The notes under the pieces: model-generated | Told to the model about the DNA's origin: nothing | The model's input: the letters and a program-made list of their open reading frames with translations, nothing else | The model's database searches: none | Shown: positions 9,620 to 20,604 of the stretch, in pieces | Position numbering within the stretch: position 1 is the stretch's first letter | Layout of the letters: the number at the start of each line of letters is the position of its first letter | DNA from: an uncultured Gammaproteobacteria bacterium | GTDB taxonomy: Bacteria; Pseudomonadota; Gammaproteobacteria; UBA9214 | Direction of reading: 5' to 3' | NCBI GenBank assembly: GCA_963773065.1 | Contig: CAVYZN010000033.1 | Span: forward strand, 1-64,000 | DNA length: 64,000 nt | Made by a program: the position numbers and the translations under genes

Positions 9620-10528
9620 ATGGCTGATCGCAGGTTACAGGTTTTTCACACCGTTGCCCGGCTGCTGAGCTTCACCAAGGCCGCGGAGAGTCTGCATATG
9701 ACCCAGCCCGCCGTGACTTTCCAGGTACGACAGCTCGAGGAGTATTTCAACACCCGCCTGTTTGACCGCACCCATAACCGCATCAGCCTGACCGAGGCGG
9801 GACAGCGGGTGTATAAGTTCGCGGACCGGATCTTCGATCTCTATGCTGAGATGGAGAACGCCGTGCGCGATATGACCGGCGAGATCCGGGGGGTATTGAT
9901 CATCGGGGCGAGCACTACCATCGCGGAATACATGCTGCCCTCCCTGTTGGGCGATTTCAAGAAGAAATACCCGGATGTGAACGTCCATCTCAGGGTGTCG
10001 AACTCGGATGGCATCGTCTCGATGGTGGAGAACAATGATATCGACCTGGGTGTCGTGGAATCGCCGGTCATGAACAAGAATCTGGTGGTGGAGGAGTGCC
10101 GCAAGGACCGGCTGGTGGCGATAGTGTCGCCGCAGCATCCGCTGGCGGCGAAACAGCATATCAGGATGCCGGAGCTGCTTGAATATGCATTCATCGCGCG
10201 TGAAGAAGGGTCCGGCACACGTGAAGTCATCGAGGACTACCTGGGTGAACAGGGAATAAATCCGAGTGACGTGCACGTGTCCATGGAACTGGGTAGCCCG
10301 GAAGCCATCAAGGGGGCTGTCGAGGCGGGGATGGGCGTAGCCATTGTTTCCGAGGTAACCATACACAAGGAATTACAGCTCGAGACGCTGGTTGCGCTGG
10401 AATTGGAACCGCAAATTGAACGCCCATTCTCTTTCGTGCACCAGAAGCAGAAGTTCCGCCAGCGCGCCATGGATGAATTGCTTGAGTTTGCCCGTGCCTA
10501 TTGCCTGTCACACAGAAATGACCATTGA
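9620..10528 (+). CDS. LysR-family regulator, CysL/YeiE-like
   Basis: HTH motif SFTKAAESLHMTQPAVTFQVRQLE. Substrate domain with GASTTIAEY, REEGSGTR and MELGSPEAIKGAV, characteristic of the CysL/YeiE group. Confidence 0.88.
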   Translation: MADRRLQVFHTVARLLSFTKAAESLHMTQPAVTFQVRQLEEYFNTRLFDRTHNRISLTEAGQRVYKFADRIFDLYAEMENAVRDMTGEIRGVLIIGASTTIAEYMLPSLLGDFKKKYPDVNVHLRVSNSDGIVSMVENNDIDLGVVESPVMNKNLVVEECRKDRLVAIVSPQHPLAAKQHIRMPELLEYAFIAREEGSGTREVIEDYLGEQGINPSDVHVSMELGSPEAIKGAVEAGMGVAIVSEVTIHKELQLETLVALELEPQIERPFSFVHQKQKFRQRAMDELLEFARAYCLSHRNDH

Positions 10529-10573
10529 GACGAGACGGTCCGATTCTTTCTAATACACACGAACGCTGATGCG

Positions 10574-10945
10574 ATGGTATCCTCTGAGCGGCATTTGCTG
10601 GAACTCTACCGGCTACTTGGGGCCGATGAGCAGGCGACATTACTGGCCTTTGCGGAATTTCTCCAACAGCGCGGTACCTCCGTTAGGGCTTCCGGCCCGG
10701 CAAGTCCCGTCGAAATACCCGAACCCGTGCCGATAGCAAGACCGGCGCACGAGAGCGTGGTGACCGGGTTGAAACGTCTGTCACAAACCTATCCCATGCT
10801 GAGCAAGACCGAAATGCTGCGCGCCACCTCGGAGCTGGTAGCCCGGCATATCATGCAGGGCACGGATCCCGCGGAAGTCATTGACCAGCTGGAGGACATT
10901 TTCCGCGAACATTACCGGAAACTCAGGGAAGGCCAGAGACTGTAA
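10574..10945 (+). CDS. Hypothetical protein
   Basis: 123-aa ORF tightly packed between the LysR gene and perM, with host-like codon usage. Confidence 0.75.
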   Translation: MVSSERHLLELYRLLGADEQATLLAFAEFLQQRGTSVRASGPASPVEIPEPVPIARPAHESVVTGLKRLSQTYPMLSKTEMLRATSELVARHIMQGTDPAEVIDQLEDIFREHYRKLREGQRL

Positions 10946-10948
10946 TTC

Positions 10949-12046
10949 ATGAATATTGTACGTGACTGGTATATCCGTTATGTCTCCGATCCGCAGGTTG
11001 TCATCCTGGCCTTGCTGCTGATCGCGGGTTTTGTCGTCATGATGACCCTGGGCGAGATGCTGGCCCCGGTGATGGCCGGAGTGATCGTCGCCTACCTGCT
11101 GGACGGGGTCGTGGAGAAGTGCCGCCGTCTCGGCGCGCCCCGCCTGTCCGCGGTAATCCTGGTTTTCCTCCTGTTCATGTCGTTTCTTGTGTTTGCGCTC
11201 ATCTGGATGATGCCCCGCCTGTCCGCGCAGCTTACCCAACTGGTTCAGCAACTGCCGAACTGGATTGCGCAGGGACAGGAAGCGCTGCTGCAACTGCCGG
11301 ACAAGTATCCGAATCTGTTTACGCAATCGCAGGTGAATGACCTGATCGCCGCCATACGCGCCGGGATCACGGTTCTCGGTCAACGGGTATTGTCGATGTC
11401 GGTGGCCTCGGTTGTCAGTTTGATGACCATCGTGGTGTACATCATCCTGGTGCCGGTGCTGGCCTTTTTCTTTCTCAAAGACAAGGATCCCATCCTTGGC
11501 TGGTTCGCCGAGCGGTTGCCACGGGAACGCCCGCTGGCGAACCAGGTCTGGCATGACGTCAATATGCAGGTGTCGAATTATGTCCGCGGCAAGGTCTGGG
11601 AAATCTTTATCGTCGGGGCGGTAAGTTATGCCACGTTTACCATGATGGGTCTGCAATATACGCTGCTGCTGGCCACCATGGTGGGATTGTCGGTGATCAT
11701 TCCGTATGTCGGCGGGGCGGTTGTCACCGCGCCCGTGGCCCTGGTCGCCTACTTCCAGTGGGGCTGGGGCGCTGACTTTTACTGGGTGCTGTTAGCCTAT
11801 GGCGTGATTCATGCGCTGGACGGTTATCTGCTGGTGCCGTTGCTGTTCTCCGAAGTGGTTGACCTGCACCCCGTCGCCATCATCATCGCCATCCTGGTCT
11901 TTGGTGGTCTGTGGGGGTTCTGGGGTGTCTTCTTCGCGATTCCGCTTGCGACTCTGGTGCAGGCGGTCTTGAAGGCCTGGCCGATAAATCAAAGTGAGGA
12001 GGAAGTACCCAAGGCGGAGCCCGAGATTAACCCGCCCGCGGCCTGA
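10949..12046 (+). CDS. perM: AI-2E family transporter (PerM-like)
   Basis: Multi-TM protein with IPYVG, DGYLLVPLLFSEVVDLHP and GGLWGFWGVFFAIPLA; conserved position next to bcp. Confidence 0.9.
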   Translation: MNIVRDWYIRYVSDPQVVILALLLIAGFVVMMTLGEMLAPVMAGVIVAYLLDGVVEKCRRLGAPRLSAVILVFLLFMSFLVFALIWMMPRLSAQLTQLVQQLPNWIAQGQEALLQLPDKYPNLFTQSQVNDLIAAIRAGITVLGQRVLSMSVASVVSLMTIVVYIILVPVLAFFFLKDKDPILGWFAERLPRERPLANQVWHDVNMQVSNYVRGKVWEIFIVGAVSYATFTMMGLQYTLLLATMVGLSVIIPYVGGAVVTAPVALVAYFQWGWGADFYWVLLAYGVIHALDGYLLVPLLFSEVVDLHPVAIIIAILVFGGLWGFWGVFFAIPLATLVQAVLKAWPINQSEEEVPKAEPEINPPAA

Positions 12047-12060
12047 GCATCACGCCCTGA

Positions 12061-12528
12061 CTACAGTTCCTTGATCGCCTCCAGCACCGCATCGACATGG
12101 CCATTCACCTTGACCTTGCGCCATTCCCTGCGCAGGACGCCCAGGTCGTCTATCAGGAAGGTGCTGCGCTCGATGCCACGCACCTTGCGTCCGTACATGT
12201 TTTTCTCCCTGATGACGTCGAAGAGACTGCAGACCGTTTCGTCGGCATCGGAGAGCAGATCAAACGGTAATTTCTGTTTGGCCTTGAAATTCTCGTGTGA
12301 TTTCACACTGTCGCGTGAAATCCCCAGGACGGCGGTATTGTTACGCCGGAACGCGTTGATCCGGTCGCGGAAGTCCTGTCCTTCCATCGTGCAGCCCGGG
12401 GTGCTGTCCTTGGGGTAGAAATACACCACGACATATCTGCCCTGGTAATCCGACAGGGAAATGGTCTGTTCACCGGTGGCCGGAAGACTGAAGTCAGGGA
12501 CTTTCTTGTTAACTATTAACTTGCTCAT
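12061..12528 (-). CDS. bcp: Peroxiredoxin Bcp
   Basis: YFYPKDSTPGCT peroxidatic motif and GIERSTFLID. Confidence 0.93.
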   Translation of the reverse strand: MSKLIVNKKVPDFSLPATGEQTISLSDYQGRYVVVYFYPKDSTPGCTMEGQDFRDRINAFRRNNTAVLGISRDSVKSHENFKAKQKLPFDLLSDADETVCSLFDVIREKNMYGRKVRGIERSTFLIDDLGVLRREWRKVKVNGHVDAVLEAIKEL

Positions 12529-12547
12529 GCGGCCTTGTTATCCTCGC

Positions 12548-13099
12548 CTAGCCCTTGATGGGCTCGATGACGGCATCGAGATTCAACTGGTCGCAGAAAT
12601 CCATGAACTCTTCCCGCAATGCGGCGATCTGCAGGGTGGCGGGAATATCCACCGTCAGGTGCACGGAGAACATCGGCGTGCCGGTATGGGCGGCGGCATA
12701 GCTGGATGTGACCATTTCCTGGATATTGATCTGCCGTTTTGCGAAGAAGCTGGCCAGGTTGTGGACGATACCCGGCTGGTCCAGCGCAACCACATCCACC
12801 CCATAGGGCAGCAGGTTCTTGCGGCCTTCCTTCGGGACCGTGCGACGGGAGATGATGGTCAGCGCCAGTCGCTCCTCGAGGAGTGTAATCTGGTTTTCCA
12901 GCTTGGCGATATTGTTCCAGTTGCCGTCAACCAGCAGGAGAATGGCAAAATCACCCCCCAGCACGGTCATGCGGCTGTCGATGATATTGCAGCCGCAGGC
13001 AAGGACACAGCGTGATAATTCATCGATGATGCCGGGCTTGTCCTCACCCAGGGCGGAGAGTACCAACTGACTGGTTTTTGCCGATGATTGTTTGCTCAT
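12548..13099 (-). CDS. gcvR: Glycine cleavage system regulator GcvR (double ACT domain)
   Basis: ALGEDKPGI...CNIIDSRM and ALDQPGIV ACT repeats; divergent from dapA. Confidence 0.9.
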   Translation of the reverse strand: MSKQSSAKTSQLVLSALGEDKPGIIDELSRCVLACGCNIIDSRMTVLGGDFAILLLVDGNWNNIAKLENQITLLEERLALTIISRRTVPKEGRKNLLPYGVDVVALDQPGIVHNLASFFAKRQINIQEMVTSSYAAAHTGTPMFSVHLTVDIPATLQIAALREEFMDFCDQLNLDAVIEPIKG

Positions 13100-13272
13100 T
13101 TGCCTGGCGTGGCCTCGTGACGCGAATGATTTTACTGTTTTCGGGAGTTTAACATCTTTAACAGTCTGTATGCCTAATCGCCGGGTCTCCCTGCCCGTCT
13201 GTTAGCCCGCCTTGTCAGTAACGGGTGGCACCAGTACCATGTCGGTCTCAAACCGGTTCGGAGTTCAAACGC

Positions 13273-14151
13273 ATGTTTCACGGCAGTATGGTGGCGCTGG
13301 TAACCCCGATGTTCGGGGATGGCGCCATTGATGAGGACAGCCTGCAGCGGCTGATCGACTTCCATGTCGAGAACCATACCGATGCCATCGTGACGGTGGG
13401 TACGACCGGCGAGTCCGCGACGCTCGACGAAGCGGAACACTGCCATGTCGTGCGCCGGACGGTCGAGATGGCGGCGGGCCGGATACCCGTGATTGCCGGT
13501 ACCGGCGCCAACTCCACGCGCGAGGCCATTGATCTGACCCGTTGTGCCATGGAAGCCGGTGTCGACGCCTGCCTGCTGGTCACGCCGTATTACAACAAGC
13601 CTACCCAGGAAGGACTTTACCTGCATTATCGGGCGGTAGCGGAAGCCGTCCCGGTGCCCCAGATTCTGTACAATGTCCCTGGCCGCACGGCCTGCGACAT
13701 GCTTCCGGAAACGGTTGAACGTCTGTCCACGATTTCCAATATCATCGGCATCAAGGAGGCGACCGGAAATCTGGACCGGGCGCGCGAGATCATGGACCGT
13801 TGCGGCGACCGCCTGGATGTCTACAGCGGCGATGATGCGACGGCGATGGAGCTGATGTTGATGGGCGGGAAGGGCAATATCTCGGTGACCGCCAATGTCG
13901 CACCGGCCGGGATGCAGGCGATGTGCGCCGCCGCGCTGGCGGGTGATCGCGCCAGGGCGGAGGCGATCAACCGGCCGCTGGAAATCCTGCACCGCGTGCT
14001 CTTCGTGCAGTCCAATCCCATACCGGTCAAGTGGGCGCTCCACGCGATGGGATTGATCCCGCCCGGCATACGCCTGCCGATGACGCCACTGGCGGAAGAG
14101 TTTCATGACACCGTCCGGCAGGCGCTAAGGCAGGCCGGCGTCCTTACCTGA
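13273..14151 (+). CDS. dapA: 4-hydroxy-tetrahydrodipicolinate synthase
   Basis: [30 protein letters not shown] and NPIPVKW. Confidence 0.97.
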   Translation: MFHGSMVALVTPMFGDGAIDEDSLQRLIDFHVENHTDAIVTVGTTGESATLDEAEHCHVVRRTVEMAAGRIPVIAGTGANSTREAIDLTRCAMEAGVDACLLVTPYYNKPTQEGLYLHYRAVAEAVPVPQILYNVPGRTACDMLPETVERLSTISNIIGIKEATGNLDRAREIMDRCGDRLDVYSGDDATAMELMLMGGKGNISVTANVAPAGMQAMCAAALAGDRARAEAINRPLEILHRVLFVQSNPIPVKWALHAMGLIPPGIRLPMTPLAEEFHDTVRQALRQAGVLT

Positions 14152-14162
14152 CAGAGAATCCG

Positions 14163-15281
14163 ATGAAGCCAATGAGCCTGTTTGTCAAAGTTGCCGTCAT
14201 TGCCCTGGCGGGCCTGCTGCTGGTAACGGCCTGCGGCACCATGAACAAGGGGGCGCCCGGCGGGAAGGTCGATTACAAGAAAAGCCAGACGACCGAGTCA
14301 CTGGAAGTGCCGCCGGATCTCACGTCCTCCTCCATCAACGAGGCCCCGGAGCTGCTCAATGCGGCCGGCACCAGCTACTCTGAAATCAACAAAGCCGAGC
14401 CGGCTGCCGGCGCGGCCACGGTATTGCCGGAGAAGGTCGGTATCGCGGTGGAGCGTGACGGTAACCAGCAATGGCTGGTTATCCTGGCCGACCCGGCCCA
14501 GGTATGGCCCAAGGTACGGGAGTTCTGGATGCAGCAGGGTTTCCTGATCAAGATGGAAGACCCGCGACTCGGCATTCTCGAAACCGGCTGGGCGGAGAAC
14601 CGCGCGGATATCCCTTCGGACATCATTCGCAACACGCTGGGCAAGATCATGGATTTCGCCTACTCGGCCGCCACCCGTGACCAGTACCGGGTGCGCCTCG
14701 AACACGGCTCCACCCCCGGCACGACGGAACTTTTCCTGACCCATCGCGGCATGGAGGAAGTGGTAACGGGCACGCCGGAGGAAAGCAACACGATGTGGAA
14801 ACCACGTTCCCCCGACCCGGAGCTGGAAGCGGAGATGCTGAAGCGCCTCGTGGTATTCCTGGGAGTCGAAGAACAGAAGGCGCAGACCCTGCTGGCCAGC
14901 CAGCCGGCAACCGAGAGCCGGGCCCAGCTTGTCTCGGACGGCAATGGCGTTATGCTGACCGACAAGGAGGATTTTTCCCGCGCCTGGCGGCGTACCGGCG
15001 TGGCGCTTGACCGTATCGGCTTCGCGGTCGAAGACCGCAACCGTACGGATGGCATCTATTTCGTGCGTTACAACGATCCCCTGGGCGATGAGGATAACAA
15101 GGGGCTGCTGTCCAAGCTGGCCTTCTGGTCTTCCGCTGAGGCGAAAGCCAAACAGTACCAGATTGTGCTGCTTGCGAAGGGGGCGGAGACGCAGGTCATC
15201 GTCAACAACGCCGAGGGCAAGCGGGATAATTCAAGCACCGCGAAACGTATCCTGACCTTGCTGGAGGAGCAACTGCGCTAG
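14163..15281 (+). CDS. bamC: Outer membrane protein assembly lipoprotein BamC
   Basis: Lipobox VTAC, LEVPPDL, ETGWAENRA and AWRRTGVALDRIGF; follows dapA. Confidence 0.9.
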   Translation: MKPMSLFVKVAVIALAGLLLVTACGTMNKGAPGGKVDYKKSQTTESLEVPPDLTSSSINEAPELLNAAGTSYSEINKAEPAAGAATVLPEKVGIAVERDGNQQWLVILADPAQVWPKVREFWMQQGFLIKMEDPRLGILETGWAENRADIPSDIIRNTLGKIMDFAYSAATRDQYRVRLEHGSTPGTTELFLTHRGMEEVVTGTPEESNTMWKPRSPDPELEAEMLKRLVVFLGVEEQKAQTLLASQPATESRAQLVSDGNGVMLTDKEDFSRAWRRTGVALDRIGFAVEDRNRTDGIYFVRYNDPLGDEDNKGLLSKLAFWSSAEAKAKQYQIVLLAKGAETQVIVNNAEGKRDNSSTAKRILTLLEEQLR

Positions 15282-15300
15282 CCCGGTGCCTGCCGATACC

Positions 15301-16062
15301 ATGAGATTCGCGTCTCTGGGCAGCGGCAGTCGCGGCAATGCAACGCTCATCGAATCCGGTTCGACCCTGGTGATGGTCGATTGCGGTTTCTCCCGCCGGG
15401 AAACCGAGCGGCGTCTGGCGCGCCTCGGGCGCACGGCGGAGCAACTCGCGGGCATCCTGGTGACCCATGAGCACGGTGACCATATCCGCGGCGTGTCCGC
15501 CCTGGCGAGGGAATATGGCTTGCCCGTGTGGCTAAGCGCCGGCACGCATCGCATGCTGGGGGATGAGGTTCTGCCCGAGATCCATCACCTCGACGGGCAG
15601 GCCGGCATCAGCCTGGGTGATCTCGAGATACAGCCTTTTACCGTGCCCCACGATGCGCGCGAGCCCTGCCAGTTCGTGTTCGCGGACGGCAATCACCGTT
15701 TCGGGTTGTTGACGGACACCGGCAGGATAACCGCGCATATCCGTGCCTCCCTGGATGGATGTGACGCCCTGATGCTGGAATGCAATCATGATCCGGCCCT
15801 GCTCGCCGCGGGACCTTACTCCGCCAGCCTCAAGGCGCGGGTGGGCGGCCCGCTGGGCCATTTAAGTAACGCGCAGGCCGCCGGGCTGCTGGAGAGCATC
15901 GACACCTCGCGTCTGCAACATATCGTGGCCGCGCACCTCAGCGAAAAAAACAATCGCCCCGAGCTGGCCCGCGCGGCGCTGGCCGCGGCGCTGGGTTGCG
16001 CATCGGACTGGATCGGCGTGGCCGGGCAGGAGGCCGGGCTGGCGTGGCGTGCGCTTGCCTGA
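15301..16062 (+). CDS. MBL-fold metallo-hydrolase (YycJ/WalJ-like)
   Basis: LGSGSRGNA, THEHGDH, VPHDAREP, LECNHD, GHLSN and AHLSEKNN. Confidence 0.9.
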   Translation: MRFASLGSGSRGNATLIESGSTLVMVDCGFSRRETERRLARLGRTAEQLAGILVTHEHGDHIRGVSALAREYGLPVWLSAGTHRMLGDEVLPEIHHLDGQAGISLGDLEIQPFTVPHDAREPCQFVFADGNHRFGLLTDTGRITAHIRASLDGCDALMLECNHDPALLAAGPYSASLKARVGGPLGHLSNAQAAGLLESIDTSRLQHIVAAHLSEKNNRPELARAALAAALGCASDWIGVAGQEAGLAWRALA

Positions 16063-16128
16063 TTGTTGCCCGGTCGGTCCATCCAGTATCATTTCCGCTT
16101 CTGATTCCCGACGCATTCCGGAGTCCTG

Positions 16129-19100
16129 ATGCTACATCTGCGCGGCGGTCCCGCACTATCAGATTTTCGCGGTCACAAGTTGCTGCTGCAGCTCAAGGAG
16201 CGCGTGCCGGACTGGCTAGCCTCACCGCCGTTTATCTGCATATCGCCGAACTGGAAGAGCGCCTCACGCGGGAGGAACAGGCGATGCTGGAGCAGCTCCT
16301 GGCCTATGGGCCGCGGCAGCCCGATGACGACGGCGGCGGTTTTACCCTGATCGTCGTGCCCCGTCCGGGGACTGTTTCGCCCTGGTCCAGCAAGGCGACC
16401 GACATCGTCCACAACTGCGGTCTCGAGAAGGTGCGCCGGGTGGAGCGGGGTATCGTCTACACCCTGGGTTGGTCTCCACGCCGGAGGCGGAAGACGGCGT
16501 CTCCCCGACGGCGGCCGAGCAGGACCTGATCCTGCCGCTGCTCCATGACCGCATGACCGAGGCGGTCCTGTTCGACGAGAACGACACCGATATCCTGTTC
16601 CGGCATGCCGAACCGGCCCCCTGCGCCAGCGTCGATGTGTTGGAAGGCGGGCGCGCGGCGCTGGAGGCGGCCAACCGGGAACTGGGCCTGGCGCTGTCCG
16701 ATGACGAGATCGATTACCTGACCGAGAACTTCACGGCGCTCGGCCGCAACCCGGTCGATATCGAGCTCATGATGTTCGCGCAGGCCAACTCGGAGCATTG
16801 CCGGCACAAGATCTTCAACGCCAACTGGATCATCGATGGCCAGCCGCAGGAGAAGAGCCTGTTCGGCATGATCCGCGCCTCCTACCAGGCCAGCCCGGAC
16901 GGTGTCCTGTCGGCCTACAGTGACAATGCCGCGGTGGTGCAGGGTTTCAGGTGCGGCGGTTTTTCCCTGATCCGCGCACCAGGGTCTATGTCCCGCATCG
17001 CGGAGGACGCGCACCTGGTGATGAAGGTCGAGACGCATAATCATCCCACCGCGATATCCCCGTTCCCGGGGGCGGCGACCGGCGCCGGCGGCGAGATCCG
17101 CGATGAAGGCGCCACCGGGCGGGGCGCGAAACCCAAGGCCGGCCTGTGCGGTTTCTCGGTTTCCAATTTGCGCATCCCGGGTTATGAACAGCCGTGGGAG
17201 AGCGACCATGGCCGGCCGGCGCGCCTCGTTTCCGCGCTGGACATCATGATCGAAGGCCCGCTGGGCGCGGCCGCGTTCAACAATGAATTCGGCCGCCCGA
17301 ACCTGTGCGGTTACTTCCGGACATTCGAAGCAGCAGGTCCCGGGTCCGCGCGGGAAGGAACTACGCGGTTACCACAAACCCATCATGCTGGCCGGCGGAA
17401 TCGGCATGATCCGCGACGGGCATGTGCGCAAGGGCGCCATCCCGGCCGGCACGCCGATCGTCGTGCTGGGCGGGCCCGCGATGCTGATCGGTCTGGGCGG
17501 GGGAGCCGCCTCGTCGATGTCGAGCGGCGCGAGCGCCGAGGACCTGGACTTCGCTTCCGTGCAGCGCGGCAACGCGGAGATGCAGCGCCGGGCGCAGGAG
17601 GTCATCGATGCGTGCTGGGCGCTGGGCGAGGGCAGCCCGATCCTGTCGATCCATGACGTGGGCGCCGGCGGGCCTGTCCAATGCGCTGCCCGAGCTGGTC
17701 AATGACAGCGGGCGGGGCGGGCGCTTCGAGCTGCGCGCGATCCCCAACGACGACCCGGGCATGTCACCCCTGCAGGTATGGTGCAACGAATCGCAGGAGC
17801 GCTACGTGCTGGCCATCGACGGCGAGCGCCTGGCGGAATTCCAGGCGATCTGTGAACGGGAACGCTGCCCCTGCGCCGTGCTCGGTGAGGCGACCGATGA
17901 ACCGCGGCTGGTGCTTGGCGATGGCTACTTCGACAACACGCCCATCGATCTGCCCATGAACCTGCTGCTCGGCAAGCCGCCGAAGCTGCTGCGCGATGTC
18001 CGCCGCCACCCGTTCGAGAAACCGGAATTTTCCACCCGCGGGCTGGATGCCAGGGAGGCGGCCTATCGCGTCCTGCGCCTGCCGGGCGTGGCCGGCAAGA
18101 CCTTCCTCATCACCATCGGCGACCGCTCGATCGGCGGCATGGTGAGCCGGGACCAGATGGTCGGTCCCTGGCAGGTGCCGGTGGCCGATGTCGCGGTGAC
18201 CGTTTCCGACTACCAGGGCTACACCGGCGAAGCGATGGCGATGGGGGAACGCGCGCCCATTGCGCTGGTGCATGGACCCGCCTCCGGCCGCATGGCGGTA
18301 GGCGAGGCGATTACCAATATCGCGGCCGGCCGCATCGATGGCCTCGGCCAGGTGCGCCTGTCGGCCAACTGGATGGCCGCCGCCGGGCATCACCGGCGAG
18401 GATGCCGTTTTGTACGACACGGTAAAGGCGGTCGGCGAGGAGCTTTGCCCGGCGCTGGGGATCGCCATCCCCGTCGGCAAGGATTCCCTGTCCATGAAGA
18501 GCGTCTGGAAGGAAGGCGGGGCCGAGCGGGAGGTCACCGCGCCCTTGTCGGTGATCGTTTCCGCGTTCGCCCCGGTCGCTGGATGTGCGCCGCACGCTGA
18601 CGCCGCAACTGCGCACCGACCAGGACGATACCGACCTGATCCTGATCGACCTCGGCAAGGGCAGGAACCGGCTGGCCGGATCGGCGCTCGCGCAGGTGTA
18701 CCGGCAGGTCGGTCATCATCCGCCGGACCTGGATGATCCGCGGCGCGCTGAAGGCCTTCTTTGCCGTCATCCAGGAGCTGAACGCCGCCGGCCTGCTGCT
18801 CGCCTACCATGACCGTTCCGATGGCGGCCTGTTCGCCTGTCTCTGCGAGATGGCCTTCGCGGGCCACTGCGGCGTGTCCATCGAACTGGATGAACTGGGT
18901 GATGCAGCCGCTCCCCGCCCTGTTTGCCGAGGAACTGGGCGCCGTGGTCCAGGTGCGGCACACCGAAACGGACACGGTGCTGGAGGCGCTGCATGAGGCC
19001 GGGCTGGGCCATTACAGCCATGTGATCGGCACGCTCAACGACTCGGACCAGATCCTGTTCACGCACGATACGCTGTCGGTGTTCTCCGATACGCGCGTCA

Positions 19101-20051
19101 ACCTGCAGCGCGCCTGGGCCGAGACCACCTTCCGGCTGCAGGCCCTGCGGGATAACTCCGAGTGCGCGCAGGAAGAATTCGACGCCCTGCTGGATGCAAC
19201 GGATCTGGGCATACAGTGCCGGACCACGTTCGATATCAACGAGGATGTCGCGGCGCCGTATATCACGCGGGGCGTGCGCCCGCGCGTCGCCATCCTGCGC
19301 GAGCAGGGGGTCAATGGCCAGATCGAAATGGCGGCGGCCTTTCATCGCGCCGGCTTCGATGCCGTGGATGTGCACATGAGCGAGCTGCTGTCGGGGCGCG
19401 TCACCCTGGACGATTTCACCGGGCCTGGCGGCCTGCGGCGGCTTCTCCTACGGCGACGTGCTGGGCGCCGGCCAGGGGTGGGCGAAATCCATTCTTTTTC
19501 ATGCGCAACTGCGTGACATGTTTGCCGCCTTTTTCGAGCGCGCGGACAGTTTTTCCCTGGGGGTGTGCAACGGCTGCCAGATGCTCTCCGGCCTCAGGGA
19601 ACTGATTCCCGGCGCCGGGGTGTGGCCGCGCTTCGTGCGCAACCGCTCGGAACAGTTCGAGGCGCGGTTCTCGCAGCTTGAAATTCTCGACTCGCCGTCG
19701 CTGTTTTTCGCGGGCATGGCGGGCTCGGTGCTGCCGATCGCCGTCGCCCATGGGGAGGGACGCGCGGACTTCGGCGGTCCCGCCGCGGCGCGGCGGGCGC
19801 TGGACAGCGGGCTGGTCGCGGCCCGCTACGTCGACGGTCATGGCCGGACGGCGGAGCGATACCCCGACAACCCCAATGGCTCGCCGCTGGGCATCACCGG
19901 CCTTACCACGGCGGATGGTCGCGTCACCATCATGATGCCGCACCCGGAACGGGTCTTCCGCAGCGTGCAGAACTCCTGGCACCCGGATGACTGGGACGAG
20001 GACGGTCCCTGGATGCGCCTGTTCCGCAACGCGCGGGTCTGGGTCGGGTAG
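16129..20051 (+). CDS. purL: Phosphoribosylformylglycinamidine synthase, large type (multiple frameshifts)
   Basis: Successive frames give [77 protein letters not shown] and MMPHPER. Confidence 0.95.
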
Positions 20052-20073
20052 CGACTTCCGCAATGACGGCGAT

Positions 20074-20186
20074 TTACTTCTGGAGGAACGGCAGGGGGAT
20101 TCAAGGACGACCATAGACACGACGGTCACGATGATGATGACGGCGATGGCGAGTGCGACGACCATGTGGCGTTCATATGAAAACAT
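20074..20186 (-). CDS. Small single-pass membrane protein (~37 aa, needs one indel in a C-run)
   Basis: GGGAG RBS 8 nt before ATG. MFSYERH is followed by a 20-residue hydrophobic stretch; adding one C gives ...LESPLPFLQK-stop. Confidence 0.5.
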
Positions 20187-20604
20187 GTTGCTTGCTCCCT
20201 AAACAGGTAACAGGATTGCGTATTTCCGGGAATAATAATCGCAATGACTGTCGCCAGCCATCATGGGCCGGCCGCCGGCCGGTCGATATTCGGCGACGCG
20301 CACCGGATGCGGGTTCCTGTACGCCGCGCTCACCGGGGCGCTGCTGCAGCAGACCTGGCCTATACGATAATTGCCGGGAAATCCGCCGCCGATGGCATCG
20401 TACTCTCCGGCATTTCGCTGTTGTAGATCGGTTTCCTGCCGGGGGGCCACCCGCCGATCAGTGGTCCATTTTTCGAGTCCATGAGAATCTGGATCATCGG
20501 TGTCGGGACGATTCTGCTCCTGACCGGACTGTTAGTTCTCGCCGTGAAGCGGCGCGGACGCCGCTGCGCCGGTATGTTCAGCCGGCCGGGACTGTCAGCG
20601 ACGC

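Noticed and set aside
20424-20426. In-frame TAG as pyrrolysine/read-through codon
   Set aside because: There is no pyl machinery or recognisable target family in the window, and the ORF itself is poorly supported.
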